61,468 bases of DNA from a virus (taxonomy: Duplodnaviria; Caudoviricetes). The stretch lies in the IMG/VR virus record IMGVR_UViG_3300027708_000078, positions 1 through 61,468 of that record; one strand, 5' to 3'. This document shows positions 28,859-38,651 of this stretch, one piece after another (within the stretch, counting starts at the first letter, position 1; every line of letters starts with the position of its first letter). Under the pieces are notes generated by a model. The model had not been told where the DNA came from. It worked only from the letters and a program-made list of their open reading frames with translations, and did no database searches. The position numbers and the translations under genes are program-made.

Positions 28859-30610
28859 TTAATTTCTTAAATTATTAATTTTTTGTAATATTTCTTCTGC
28901 AGTATCTGCGGAGTTTTGGTTATCACCCATTACAGTAGCTATAACTTGTTTTTTCGCATTTATAATATCGTATATCACACCTTCTACTGTATTTTCAAAA
29001 ATTGGATAATAAACAAGTACATTATTTTTTTGTCCGTATCTATACGCTCTGTCTTCAGCTTGTGCGTGGTCTGAAGGTAAAAAAGATAAATCATTCATTA
29101 TAACAACTTCTGCGGATGTTAAAGTAATACCAACACCTGCCGCTTTAATATTCCCAACAAAAACTTTAATTTTTGAGTTTGTTTGAAATTCATCCACCGC
29201 AAATTGTCTTTGTTCTTTGGAACAGGAACCATCAACTCTAACCGCACTCTTACCAAAATGTTCCACAATTCTATTTAATGAATCCGTGAAATTACAAAAT
29301 ATTATAACTTTCTTATCCTGTTCTATAATATTTTCGGCCATCTCAATTGTTTGAGAAATTTTCTCATTTGCAATAACTTGTCTTACTTTTGTAAGTTTTG
29401 AAAATTGAACTGTAAGTGATTTTGATTCCTCGGGATTTTTATCATACCAATCATAATACTCCCCCATAATTTCTTCATATTCTCTTGATTTTAACCTTAA
29501 ATATACCGGAGTTATAATCTTATCAGGTAAGTCCAAAACGTCCTCCTTGAGTCTCCTAAGTATCGTACCTGACGTTCTATCCCTTAACTCCTCAAGATTT
29601 GTTGCACCCATAACATTCCAAACTTTTCTTGGTCCCGCATTAAACTGAAAACCATTACAATATCTTATAACATAAGCCATCCAATTTTTGGCAACAGGAG
29701 AATCCACCAAATTTAATAAGTTATAATAATCAATCGGGCGAGAAGTCATAGGAGTTCCTGTAAGTAACCATAACCTATCAATATCTTTAACAATATCATT
29801 TATAAGTTTTGTTCTTTTTGCTTGTGCGTTTTTGATGTAGTGAGCCTCATCAACAATCACCAAATCAAAATTTGCATTCAACATATCAGAGTTCTTCTTA
29901 TCTTTTGTACTATGGAAGTTTTTGATGATGTCGTAGTTAATAATTACAAAATCGTGTTCTGTTGAAAAACTTTTGCTTTCGGCAATAAAAATACTTCTGT
30001 CTGTGTAGTTCTCAATTTCTCTTTTCCAATTTATTTTAAGGGTTGCTGGACAAACAATTAAAATCTTTTTAGCCCCCGTTTCAAGTGCCGCAATAATGGT
30101 GGATGTTGTCTTACCCAAACCCATATCATCAGCCAAAATAAATTTTTTATTCTCAACTAATTTTTGGATTGATTCTTTTTGATGTGTAAGTGGGGGACGG
30201 TGAGAGTATTTTTCATAATCAATAACAACATCTTTAACCGTATTATCTTTTATGATTGACGCTTTTGGTAACCAAAATTCGTGGAGTTCTTCTCTTTCAA
30301 ACATCTTACCCCAAATGTGATATGCCTTTTCTTTTTCAGCCAATATCTTTTCAACATAAACCTTTTCGGGGGTGACAGGATATAATTTATCATCTGCAAA
30401 CTTCTGTGCAAAATAGGCATCAAGAACCGCCCACTTTCTTGCAACCTTTGGTTGTTTGTTGTGGTTGTTAATAATGTACTCTGCTTGACTTCTTGTGGGG
30501 TAAAACTTTTTATTTATCTGTGACTTTCTTTTTAATTCTAAAATATAGTTGTTACCGCCTTCATAAGTTTCAAGAATAGTTATTGCTTTTGACTCTAAAC
30601 TAATATCCAT
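28859..30610 (-). CDS. SNF2-family helicase (SMARCAL1/HARP-like)
   Basis: LADDMGLGKT, VDEAHY, LTGTP, LRRLK, AAGVGITLT, QAEDRAYRYGQ. Confidence 0.92.
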   Translation of the reverse strand: MDISLESKAITILETYEGGNNYILELKRKSQINKKFYPTRSQAEYIINNHNKQPKVARKWAVLDAYFAQKFADDKLYPVTPEKVYVEKILAEKEKAYHIWGKMFEREELHEFWLPKASIIKDNTVKDVVIDYEKYSHRPPLTHQKESIQKLVENKKFILADDMGLGKTTSTIIAALETGAKKILIVCPATLKINWKREIENYTDRSIFIAESKSFSTEHDFVIINYDIIKNFHSTKDKKNSDMLNANFDLVIVDEAHYIKNAQAKRTKLINDIVKDIDRLWLLTGTPMTSRPIDYYNLLNLVDSPVAKNWMAYVIRYCNGFQFNAGPRKVWNVMGATNLEELRDRTSGTILRRLKEDVLDLPDKIITPVYLRLKSREYEEIMGEYYDWYDKNPEESKSLTVQFSKLTKVRQVIANEKISQTIEMAENIIEQDKKVIIFCNFTDSLNRIVEHFGKSAVRVDGSCSKEQRQFAVDEFQTNSKIKVFVGNIKAAGVGITLTSAEVVIMNDLSFLPSDHAQAEDRAYRYGQKNNVLVYYPIFENTVEGVIYDIINAKKQVIATVMGDNQNSADTAEEILQKINNLRN

Positions 30611-30657
30611 TTTTTATATGATATATAATTATAATAAAAATTTAAGTATTTATCAAT

Positions 30658-31170
30658 ATGGAAAAATTAGTACCAATAACAAGATTAGGTAAGTTCTTTG
30701 GAGCCGAGGATTTTGATTTGGATGTTGAGATGGGAAGGGAGTGGTTAGAGGGTGATATGAACTTTACGGTTATTTTATATAGAGTGGATAGATATAAAAC
30801 CAAAACAGATGATGTTTATGGTGAGGTTGTTGAAGATGGTGTCAAGTTTTTACCCCCAATAGAATTAAAGGGTTTAGTAAAAATTGTTGCACCTACAAAT
30901 ACAAAATTAGGCAGTTCAAAATTAAGACAAGAAGAACCAGGAAATATTACATTTTCAATTTACCAAAAATATTTGGATGAGTTAAATGTTGATATTTTAT
31001 TTGGTGATTATTTGGGATATTATGAGACTGAAAGTAAAGTAAGGTATTATAGTGTGGCTGATGATGGTAGGGTTGTTTCAGATAATAAACACACATATGC
31101 GGGTGTTAAACCTTTTTATAGGACAATTTTAGCAACACCTACAAGTAGAAACGAATTTAAAGGAATATGA
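30658..31170 (+). CDS. putative head closure/neck protein (gp14-like)
   Basis: LYRVD...DDVYGE motif; position between neck and tail genes. Confidence 0.5.
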   Translation: MEKLVPITRLGKFFGAEDFDLDVEMGREWLEGDMNFTVILYRVDRYKTKTDDVYGEVVEDGVKFLPPIELKGLVKIVAPTNTKLGSSKLRQEEPGNITFSIYQKYLDELNVDILFGDYLGYYETESKVRYYSVADDGRVVSDNKHTYAGVKPFYRTILATPTSRNEFKGI

Positions 31171-31589
31171 GGATAATAATTACAGAAACTCAAAGAAGAA
31201 TGTTGGTAGATTCATTAATAGGTGAAAAAGTTAAGGTTTATTATAACTTACATAAACACACTTTTTCAGTTCAAAAAAATGGGTTAGTTGTTATGCATGC
31301 CGATTTTATTAAATTAGAAAACGTAGAATTTAAAGTTAGACCTACAGGAAAAGAAAAAGTTAGACAAGAAAAATCGAAGAATGTTCACGCATTTGTTATT
31401 GGTAACTTGGTTGATTTTTGTGAATATCCTTGTGATGATATTCCTGAAGAACCAACTGGAGATATTGTAACTTATGACCCATACAAGTATGATAGTTTTG
31501 TTTATAAAGAAACTGAAGAACCTGTATTTAACGCTAACGAAGTTGATTTAATAAATTCAAAAAATAAACTATTTGTTATAGAACAATAA
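31167..31589 (+). CDS. hypothetical phage protein
   Basis: VYYNLHK..FSV, KNVHAFV.G, YDPYK; N-terminal MRIIITETQ. Confidence 0.65.
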   Translation: MRIIITETQRRMLVDSLIGEKVKVYYNLHKHTFSVQKNGLVVMHADFIKLENVEFKVRPTGKEKVRQEKSKNVHAFVIGNLVDFCEYPCDDIPEEPTGDIVTYDPYKYDSFVYKETEEPVFNANEVDLINSKNKLFVIEQ

Positions 31590-32629
31590 TGGCATTTCCA
31601 AAACAAATAAAAAAAACATTACCTTTAGTTCCTGATAAAGAATTATCTGAACGTAGAAGAGAACTATCTCAATTTATAACTAAAGATGGAACTTATTTAC
31701 CTAAATCCGTGTTACACGCAGATTTGGATAGGGGTATGCTGGATTTTGTTAAAAATGATTTACAGATTAAATCTGAAGGAAAGATTGTTCCTATGGTTGA
31801 TATTATATTAACTACTCAAAATTGGGCTCAGTTCACAGAAACTTGGAAATTTGTTGATACTGACTTTAACGCTCAACCCCCATTTGTTACTGTGGTTAGA
31901 CAACCTGAAGTTAAATACGGTACAAACCCATCTTTATTATATACAATACCAAACAGAAAACAATTTTATTTCGCAACAGTTCCTACTTGGAACGGAAACC
32001 AACAAGGTATGGATGTGTATACAATACCTCAACCAGTTCCTGTGGATGTTAATTATAATGTTAAAATTGTTTGTAATAGAATGAGAGAGTTAAATCAATT
32101 TAACAAAGTTGTATTACAAAAGTTTTCATCAAAACAAGCTTATACTTTTATTAAAGGACAATATATTCCAATAGTATCTACAAATATTTCAGATGAGTCA
32201 GTTATGGATATTGATAAGAGAAAATATTATATACAAAATTATGACTTTACGATGCTTGGTTATTTGATTGATGAAGAAGAGTTTGAAGTTAAACCAGCAA
32301 TTAACAGAGCATTAATGATGGTTGAAGTGGACACAAGTAATAGAAAACAAAAATTTGTACCTAAACAAGAGAATAAAAATAGTTTTCAGTTGTCCTTTAA
32401 TTTCCCAATCGGTAATGATTCATATATAAAAAGTATGGATTATACAATTAATATGGGTGTGGAAAAAACAAAAAACATCACAACTTACGATGTTTATATT
32501 AATGGTGATTTTTATGGTAGTGATATAACACAAATACCGATAAACACTAATGATACATTACAAATTGATATTACAAGAAACGATGTAAATCAAGAATCAA
32601 ATATTTCTTTTGTAAATAAGTTGGTTTAA
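31589..32629 (+). CDS. putative tail terminator/sheath stabiliser (gp15-like)
   Basis: PQPVPVDVNY.V motif; position immediately before the sheath. Confidence 0.5.
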   Translation: MAFPKQIKKTLPLVPDKELSERRRELSQFITKDGTYLPKSVLHADLDRGMLDFVKNDLQIKSEGKIVPMVDIILTTQNWAQFTETWKFVDTDFNAQPPFVTVVRQPEVKYGTNPSLLYTIPNRKQFYFATVPTWNGNQQGMDVYTIPQPVPVDVNYNVKIVCNRMRELNQFNKVVLQKFSSKQAYTFIKGQYIPIVSTNISDESVMDIDKRKYYIQNYDFTMLGYLIDEEEFEVKPAINRALMMVEVDTSNRKQKFVPKQENKNSFQLSFNFPIGNDSYIKSMDYTINMGVEKTKNITTYDVYINGDFYGSDITQIPINTNDTLQIDITRNDVNQESNISFVNKLV

Positions 32630-32793
32630 TTTTCTCCGTAAATATCCTTACTCACTTTACAGTTTTCTTTAATTAAGTCCTCTAAAAACTTATAAATCTT
32701 AATACCTTTCTTATCACAATACTTTTTTAGTATTGCGTGAACATCTTTTGAAATCTTAATATTTTTTATATCTCTATTATCATTCTGGGACAT
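32626..32793 (-). CDS. small RHH/CopG-like regulator (55 aa, not in ORF track)
   Basis: MSQNDNRDIKNIKISKDVHAILKKYCDKKGIKIYKFLEDLIKENCKVSKDIYGEN; divergent from the sheath gene. Confidence 0.65.
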   Translation of the reverse strand: MSQNDNRDIKNIKISKDVHAILKKYCDKKGIKIYKFLEDLIKENCKVSKDIYGEN

Positions 32794-32909
32794 AAGCAGA
32801 AAATAAGCAGAATTTTAGGCGCTTGTTTATAAATAGTTTTGAAAAAGTAAAGTTTTTTCATTTATTTACTAATATTTATCTATAAAATAAAACTAAATAG
32901 AATAACATA

Positions 32910-35900
32910 ATGGCAACAACTCAAGTTAATCAAAAAGTGTTTGTATCACCAGGTGTGTATACTTCAGAAACGGATTTATCATTCGTAGCTCAAAGTGTCG
33001 GTGTTACTACATTAGGTCTCGTTGGAGAGACTTTAAGAGGTCCAGCATTTGAACCAATCTTCATAACAAATTATGACGAATTCCAAGCGTTTTTTGGCGG
33101 TACGGAACCAACAAAATTTGTGAATACACAAATCCCAAAGTATGAGGCTGCTTATATCGCAAAATCATACTTACAACAATCAAATCAATTGTTCGTAACA
33201 AGAATCCTTGGTTTATCGGGATACGATGCGGGTCCTTCTTGGAGCATCAAAGTAAAGGCAAATGTTAATGGTAATACTGTTGATATTGATTCAAACGTTG
33301 CAACTGCACCGTGGTCTATTGATTTTACAGGTGACACCACTCTTAACACATTTACAATTACAAGTGGTTCATTACCTGCAGAAGTTATTGCTAACTACTA
33401 CACTCAATACAGATTATTAAATGGTAATGTTTCTACTTTATCTTCAGATTTTAATAATATTCTTAATAATTTTGCTAAAGACCCAACAACAACAGGTACG
33501 ACCGCAATTTTATATGGTTCAATACCAAATCCTGATTATAATAATATAATTACAAAATATACTGTTATTAATAATGTATTAAGTACATACGAACCAAGTA
33601 TAAAATATAATGATTTAGCGGCAGGAGATAATGACGCTTGGTACTATGCAAACTTTGAAAACACTATGGGTAATGATTATTCAGGTTATTCATTTGATTA
33701 TGTTGTAACAAGTATGTTTACGGCATCAACCACATTCACAGGTACAGTAACAGGTAATACTTATGTTTTCTCAGGAACTGCTTGGGATGATGTTAATAAC
33801 TTAGTTGTCGCGACAATACGTTCAAGAGGTATTTCCGAATACAACTCAACACAACACGGTCCTCTTTATGAAGTTTCAGGTAGAACAGACCAATTTAATA
33901 CTTATATTGGTGATGATTTACAAATGATATGTTCAGGTAGTTATCAATATGTTACATCAAATCCTTTTGCAACTTTCTTACTTTCAGGTTATACAATAGA
34001 TAATACAAATTTCTCTTATGAAGTTAGTTTGGACCAATCAAGTAGTAAATTTATAACTAAAGTTCTTGGTGAAGATAATTTTGGTAAAAATAGATATCAG
34101 GTTCCAATTTTTGTTGAAGAAATTTATGCAGGAGCTCTTAACTATCTTTATAATAAAAATAAAGTTCGTGGTTTAGATTGTTCTTTAATTGCTCTTCCAA
34201 GTGCAAGAAGTTTAAGTACTCAATCTATTGGTTGGTATTTGGAACAATATCAAACTCCTATGACTCCCTTCTTAGTTTCAGAATTACGTGGTAGCGAAGT
34301 ATTCAACTTATTTAGATTTGTCTCTATTTCAGATGGTAACGCTGCAAATACTGAAATTAAAATTTCAATTATTAACATTTCTTTTAATAATCAAACTTTT
34401 GATGTGTTAGTTAGAAGTTTCTACGATAGTGATAAAAATCCTGTAATTTTAGAAAAATTCACAAACTGTACTTTAGATATAAATTCTAATAGTTTTGTGG
34501 CGAAAAAAATAGGTTCTGTAAATGGTGAGTTCGCTTTAATTTCTAAATATATTATGGTTGAAATGGCGGATGAATTCCCTGTCGATGCGTTACCTTGTGG
34601 ATTCCAAGGATACAATCAAAGAGTTTATGGAAGTGTTGATAACTTACCACCATTACCAGTATATAAACAATATTATTACGACCCAGGTCAAACAGAATAT
34701 AATCCACCATTCAATACTCCTCAAAATTTGTCAAATGTGACTATATCGGCGGGAGATAATGTTAGAAGAACTTATTTAGGTTTTTCTACAAAATATGGTG
34801 TGGATGATTCTTTCTTACAATATAGAGGTAAACAAAACCCTGTAACTAATTTTGGAACTGCAGTAGATGCTAGTGAATGGGGTTATAGAACCAAAGGTTT
34901 CCATATGGATTCGGGTGCAACTGTTGTATCAATCTCAACTAACTTTTTAACAAGTGGTACAACCGCATTTGCTTGTGGAGATGGTAGTTTCCATAGTGAA
35001 CCAACATCACAAACAAATCCATATTATTTCTCGTATTCAAGAAAATTCACAGTATGTTTTGCTGGTGGTTTTGATGGATGGGATGTATACAGAGAATATA
35101 GAACCAACCAAGATAGATTTGGACTTGGTCAGTCAGGTTATTTAGCAGGTGCTGCACCAAGTAGTAGATACCCACAAGCAACAGGTGCAGGTATGTTTAA
35201 ACAAATAACAATTAATCAAAACACAGTTGATTGGGCAAATACTGACTACTACGCTTATATTTTAGGTATTGAAACTTTTGCAAATCCTGAAGCGACAAAC
35301 ATTAATGTATTTGCATTATGTGGTGTTGATTATGTGAATCATTCAAATGTTGTAGAAGCAGCAATTAATATGGTTCAATATCAAAGAGCCGATTCAATAT
35401 TTGTTGGAACAACACCTGATTATAAAATGTTTACACCTGATGCTGGAGACAACACAAATAGAATTTTACCACAAGAGGCGGTTGATAATTTGGATGAAAC
35501 AGGAATTGATTCAAACTACACCGCAACTTATTATCCTTGGATATTAGTTAGAGATACTGTTAATAACACTCAAATATATCTTCCGCCAACAGGTGAAGTT
35601 TGTAGAAACTTGGCGTTGACTGATAATATTGCTTTCCCTTGGTTCGCATCTGCGGGTTACACAAGAGGTTTAGTTAATTCAGTTAAAGCGAGAATTAAAC
35701 TGACCCAAGAAGATAGAGACACACTTTATCAAGGTAGAATCAATCCAATCGCAACCTTCTCTGATGTTGGTACTGTAATATGGGGTAATAAAACTCTTCA
35801 AATTGCTGATACAGCTTTAAATAGAATAAATGTTAGAAGATTATTATTACAAGCTCGTAAATTGATTTCTGCAGTTGCGGTTAGATTACTGTTTGAACAA

Positions 35901-36131
35901 AACGACCAGATAGTAAGACAACAATTCTTGGATAGTGTAAACCCAATCTTAGATGCAATCAGAAGAGATAGAGGTTTGTATGATTTCCGTGTAACGGTTT
36001 CTTCTTCTCCTGAAGATTTGGATAGAAATACTTTAAACGGTAAAATCTATATAAAACCAACAAGAGCACTTGAATTCATTAATATTGAATTCTTGATTAC
36101 TCCAACAGGAGCTTCTTTTGAAAATATATAA
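32910..36131 (+). CDS. contractile tail sheath protein
   Basis: SPGVYTSETDLS, PWFASAGYTRG, RINPI, VIWGNKTL, RINVRRL, IKPTRALEFI. Confidence 0.95.
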   Translation: MATTQVNQKVFVSPGVYTSETDLSFVAQSVGVTTLGLVGETLRGPAFEPIFITNYDEFQAFFGGTEPTKFVNTQIPKYEAAYIAKSYLQQSNQLFVTRILGLSGYDAGPSWSIKVKANVNGNTVDIDSNVATAPWSIDFTGDTTLNTFTITSGSLPAEVIANYYTQYRLLNGNVSTLSSDFNNILNNFAKDPTTTGTTAILYGSIPNPDYNNIITKYTVINNVLSTYEPSIKYNDLAAGDNDAWYYANFENTMGNDYSGYSFDYVVTSMFTASTTFTGTVTGNTYVFSGTAWDDVNNLVVATIRSRGISEYNSTQHGPLYEVSGRTDQFNTYIGDDLQMICSGSYQYVTSNPFATFLLSGYTIDNTNFSYEVSLDQSSSKFITKVLGEDNFGKNRYQVPIFVEEIYAGALNYLYNKNKVRGLDCSLIALPSARSLSTQSIGWYLEQYQTPMTPFLVSELRGSEVFNLFRFVSISDGNAANTEIKISIINISFNNQTFDVLVRSFYDSDKNPVILEKFTNCTLDINSNSFVAKKIGSVNGEFALISKYIMVEMADEFPVDALPCGFQGYNQRVYGSVDNLPPLPVYKQYYYDPGQTEYNPPFNTPQNLSNVTISAGDNVRRTYLGFSTKYGVDDSFLQYRGKQNPVTNFGTAVDASEWGYRTKGFHMDSGATVVSISTNFLTSGTTAFACGDGSFHSEPTSQTNPYYFSYSRKFTVCFAGGFDGWDVYREYRTNQDRFGLGQSGYLAGAAPSSRYPQATGAGMFKQITINQNTVDWANTDYYAYILGIETFANPEATNINVFALCGVDYVNHSNVVEAAINMVQYQRADSIFVGTTPDYKMFTPDAGDNTNRILPQEAVDNLDETGIDSNYTATYYPWILVRDTVNNTQIYLPPTGEVCRNLALTDNIAFPWFASAGYTRGLVNSVKARIKLTQEDRDTLYQGRINPIATFSDVGTVIWGNKTLQIADTALNRINVRRLLLQARKLISAVAVRLLFEQNDQIVRQQFLDSVNPILDAIRRDRGLYDFRVTVSSSPEDLDRNTLNGKIYIKPTRALEFINIEFLITPTGASFENI

Positions 36132-36142
36132 TATATAAAAAT

Positions 36143-36174
36143 GATAGGGGGTAATAAAATACTCCCTATCTTTG
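36143..36174 (+). terminator. hairpin/terminator after the sheath gene
   Basis: GATAGGGGGTA-ataaaa-TACTCCCTATC-TTTG. Confidence 0.6.
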
Positions 36175-36179
36175 TAATT

Positions 36180-37007
36180 ATGAAAAAAATTATATTAGAA
36201 GGTTTTAGGGATGAAAGTAGTCCAGATATGAAATATTATGCGTTTGATTGGGACGATAATATTGTTTCTATGCCGACAAAGATTATATTAAAAAATAGTG
36301 AAGGTGATGAAGTGGGTATGAGTACAACTGATTTTGCTGAACATAGACACGACATCGGAAAAAAAGATTTTGATTATAACGGTGAAACTATTGTTGGTTA
36401 TGGTGAAAATCCATTTAGAAACTTTAGAGTTGAGGGAGACAAACAATTTCTTATTGATGCTATGAGAGCTGAAACAGGTCCAGCATTTGATGATTTTAGA
36501 GACGCTATTAATAATGGTTCGATATTTGCAATCATAACCGCAAGAGGACATAATCCCGAGACAATTAAACAAGGGATTTATAACTACATAGTTTCAGGTT
36601 TTAATGGTATAGATAAAGAACAATTACTTAAGAACTTAAGAAAATATAGAACATTTGCAGATGAAGAGGATTTAAGTGATGAAGAATTAATTAAATCATA
36701 CTTGGAACTCAATAAGTATAACCCCGTCTCTTTTGGTGATGTTAAAGGTGCTGAAAATCCTGAAGAGGCTAAAATAATTGCGATGGATGATTTTGTTTCT
36801 TATATTAGAGCGATGTCCGCATTATTAAATAAGAAGGCATATATAAAGAAAGATTTAGGAAATAAGTTTTCACCAAAGATGCCAAAGGTAGGGTTTTCTG
36901 ACGATGATATTAGAAATTTAGACGCTATGAAAAAGCATTTTGAAGATAAACCAGATAATATTGTTAAAACTATTTCTACTGCTGGAGGTATTAAAAAAGA
37001 ATATTAA
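36180..37007 (+). CDS. HAD-superfamily phosphatase-like protein
   Basis: FDWDDNI (DxD), ITARGH, K, GFSDDD..N; the ATG at 36180 lies downstream of the hairpin. Confidence 0.65.
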   Translation: MKKIILEGFRDESSPDMKYYAFDWDDNIVSMPTKIILKNSEGDEVGMSTTDFAEHRHDIGKKDFDYNGETIVGYGENPFRNFRVEGDKQFLIDAMRAETGPAFDDFRDAINNGSIFAIITARGHNPETIKQGIYNYIVSGFNGIDKEQLLKNLRKYRTFADEEDLSDEELIKSYLELNKYNPVSFGDVKGAENPEEAKIIAMDDFVSYIRAMSALLNKKAYIKKDLGNKFSPKMPKVGFSDDDIRNLDAMKKHFEDKPDNIVKTISTAGGIKKEY

Positions 37008-37153
37008 GTAATTAAGTTAATTTATTTATTAATACTGGATACTAGAACTGGATATAATAAGAATAAAAAAATTAAAATTAAAAGTAAATAGATAAATTTT
37101 TCAAAAAGATACTATTTATAATCAATAAACAAAGAAATTAAAATTTACACAAT

Positions 37154-37642
37154 ATGGCGGATTTATTAATGAAAATGCCCATACCTTATGAACCAAAAAG
37201 GCAGAACCGATTTATATTAAGATTCCCTTCAAGTTTAGGTATTAATGAGTGGTTTGTAGAAAGTACTGCTAGACCGCACATACAAATAAACGCAACTGAG
37301 ATTCCTTTCTTAAATACATCAGTATATGTTGCAGGTAGATTCAACTGGCAAACAATTAATGTTACGTTTAGAGACCCAATAGGACCTTCTGCTGCACAAG
37401 CATTAATGGAGTGGGTTCGTCTACACGCAGAGTCTGTTACAGGTAGAATGGGATACGCCGCGGGTTATAAAAAAGACGTTGACTTGGAAATGCTTGACCC
37501 AACCGGTGTTGTTGTTGAGAAATGGATACTTTATGGTACCTTCTTAACTGATGTTAACTTTAATACACTCGCATATAATCAAGATGGTGTTGCAACAATT
37601 GCGGCAACTTTGAGAATGGATAGATGTGTATTAGTTTACTAG
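37154..37642 (+). CDS. tail tube protein (gp19-like)
   Basis: EPKRQNRF, AGRFNWQTI.VTFRDPI, YKKD..LEMLDPTG.VVEKW.L.G. Confidence 0.88.
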   Translation: MADLLMKMPIPYEPKRQNRFILRFPSSLGINEWFVESTARPHIQINATEIPFLNTSVYVAGRFNWQTINVTFRDPIGPSAAQALMEWVRLHAESVTGRMGYAAGYKKDVDLEMLDPTGVVVEKWILYGTFLTDVNFNTLAYNQDGVATIAATLRMDRCVLVY

Positions 37643-37677
37643 AATTCTATTTATAATAAAAATAAAACAATTATATT

Positions 37678-37720
37678 TAACCGTAGAGAAACTATAAACT
37701 TTCTACGGTTAATTTTTTTT
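37678..37720 (+). terminator. hairpin plus T-tract between tube and chaperone genes
   Basis: TAACCGTAGA...TCTACGGTTA followed by ATTTTTTTTT, ending just before the ATG at 37723. Confidence 0.55.
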
Positions 37721-37722
37721 AT

Positions 37723-38466
37723 ATGGATAATCAATCAAAAGAATATGGACAACAGAATTTAACGTTACCACACGATGTACTACCTTTACCTTCAGGTGGT
37801 ATTTTTTATAAAAACAAAAAGAAATCAGTTAAGGTTGGATATTTAACTGCTGCGGATGAAAATATATTAATGGCGGGTGGAGCTGATTTAACACAAAATT
37901 TATTGAGGGCTAAATTATACGAACCCGATGTTAAAGTTGAAGATTTATTAGAAGGAGATATTGAAGCAATCTTAATTTTTTTAAGAAATACTTCATTTGG
38001 TCCTGAAATGTTATTAAATCTTACAGACCCCATAACAAAGAAACCATTCCAAAGTTCGGTAATGTTAGACCAAATGGCGATTATGCAAGGTAATGAACCA
38101 TCCGAAGATGGCACGTTTACCGTTACGTTACCAAAAAGTAATTCAACAGTTAGGGTTAAACCCTTAACGTATGGTGAGATATTAGGTATCCAAAAAATGG
38201 TTGACTCTTATCCACAAGGTAGAGTTGTTCCAAAAATTACTTGGAGATTAGAGAAAGAAATTATAGATATAGATGGTTCAACAGATAAAGGTGAAATTGC
38301 GAAATTTGTTTCACAATTACCAATATCTGATTCTAAATTTTTAAGGAAATTTATGGATGAAAATGAACCAAGATTAGATATGAAAAAAACAGTTATGACC
38401 CCATCAGGAGAATTACTAACAGTTAACGTTGGTTTTGGGGTAGACTTTTTTCGCCCTTTCTTCTGA
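37723..38466 (+). CDS. baseplate hub/tail assembly chaperone (T4 gp26-like)
   Basis: LPSGG.FY, YLTAADENIL, IFLRNTSFG, LPKS, C-terminal DFFRP; lies between tube and tape measure genes. Confidence 0.7.
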   Translation: MDNQSKEYGQQNLTLPHDVLPLPSGGIFYKNKKKSVKVGYLTAADENILMAGGADLTQNLLRAKLYEPDVKVEDLLEGDIEAILIFLRNTSFGPEMLLNLTDPITKKPFQSSVMLDQMAIMQGNEPSEDGTFTVTLPKSNSTVRVKPLTYGEILGIQKMVDSYPQGRVVPKITWRLEKEIIDIDGSTDKGEIAKFVSQLPISDSKFLRKFMDENEPRLDMKKTVMTPSGELLTVNVGFGVDFFRPFF

Positions 38467-38605
38467 TTATAGAAAAGGACAACTTGATGAATTTTATTAT
38501 TTAAGTAAGTTATTATCGGTATCATACTCTGACTTTCAAAATATGCCGGTTTTTTTTAGGAAATATTTGTTGGATAAATGGGTTGAAGAAAATAAGAAGG
38601 ACTGA
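38444..38605 (+). CDS. start-less extension frame of the tail chaperone (gp51/gpT-like), probably reached by frameshift
   Basis: +1 frame is open from the TAG at 38441-43 to the TGA at 38603-05: ...LSSDYRKGQLDEFYYLSKLLSVSYSDFQNMPVFFRKYLLDKWVEENKKD. Confidence 0.6.
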   Translation, partial: TFFALSSDYRKGQLDEFYYLSKLLSVSYSDFQNMPVFFRKYLLDKWVEENKKD

Positions 38606-38622
38606 GAAAATCAGTCCTTTCT
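38597..38622 (+). terminator. hairpin at the end of the chaperone extension
   Basis: AAGGACTGA-gaaaa-TCAGTCCTT. Confidence 0.6.
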
Positions 38623-38651
38623 CTATTTATAATATATAAATTAATTTAATT

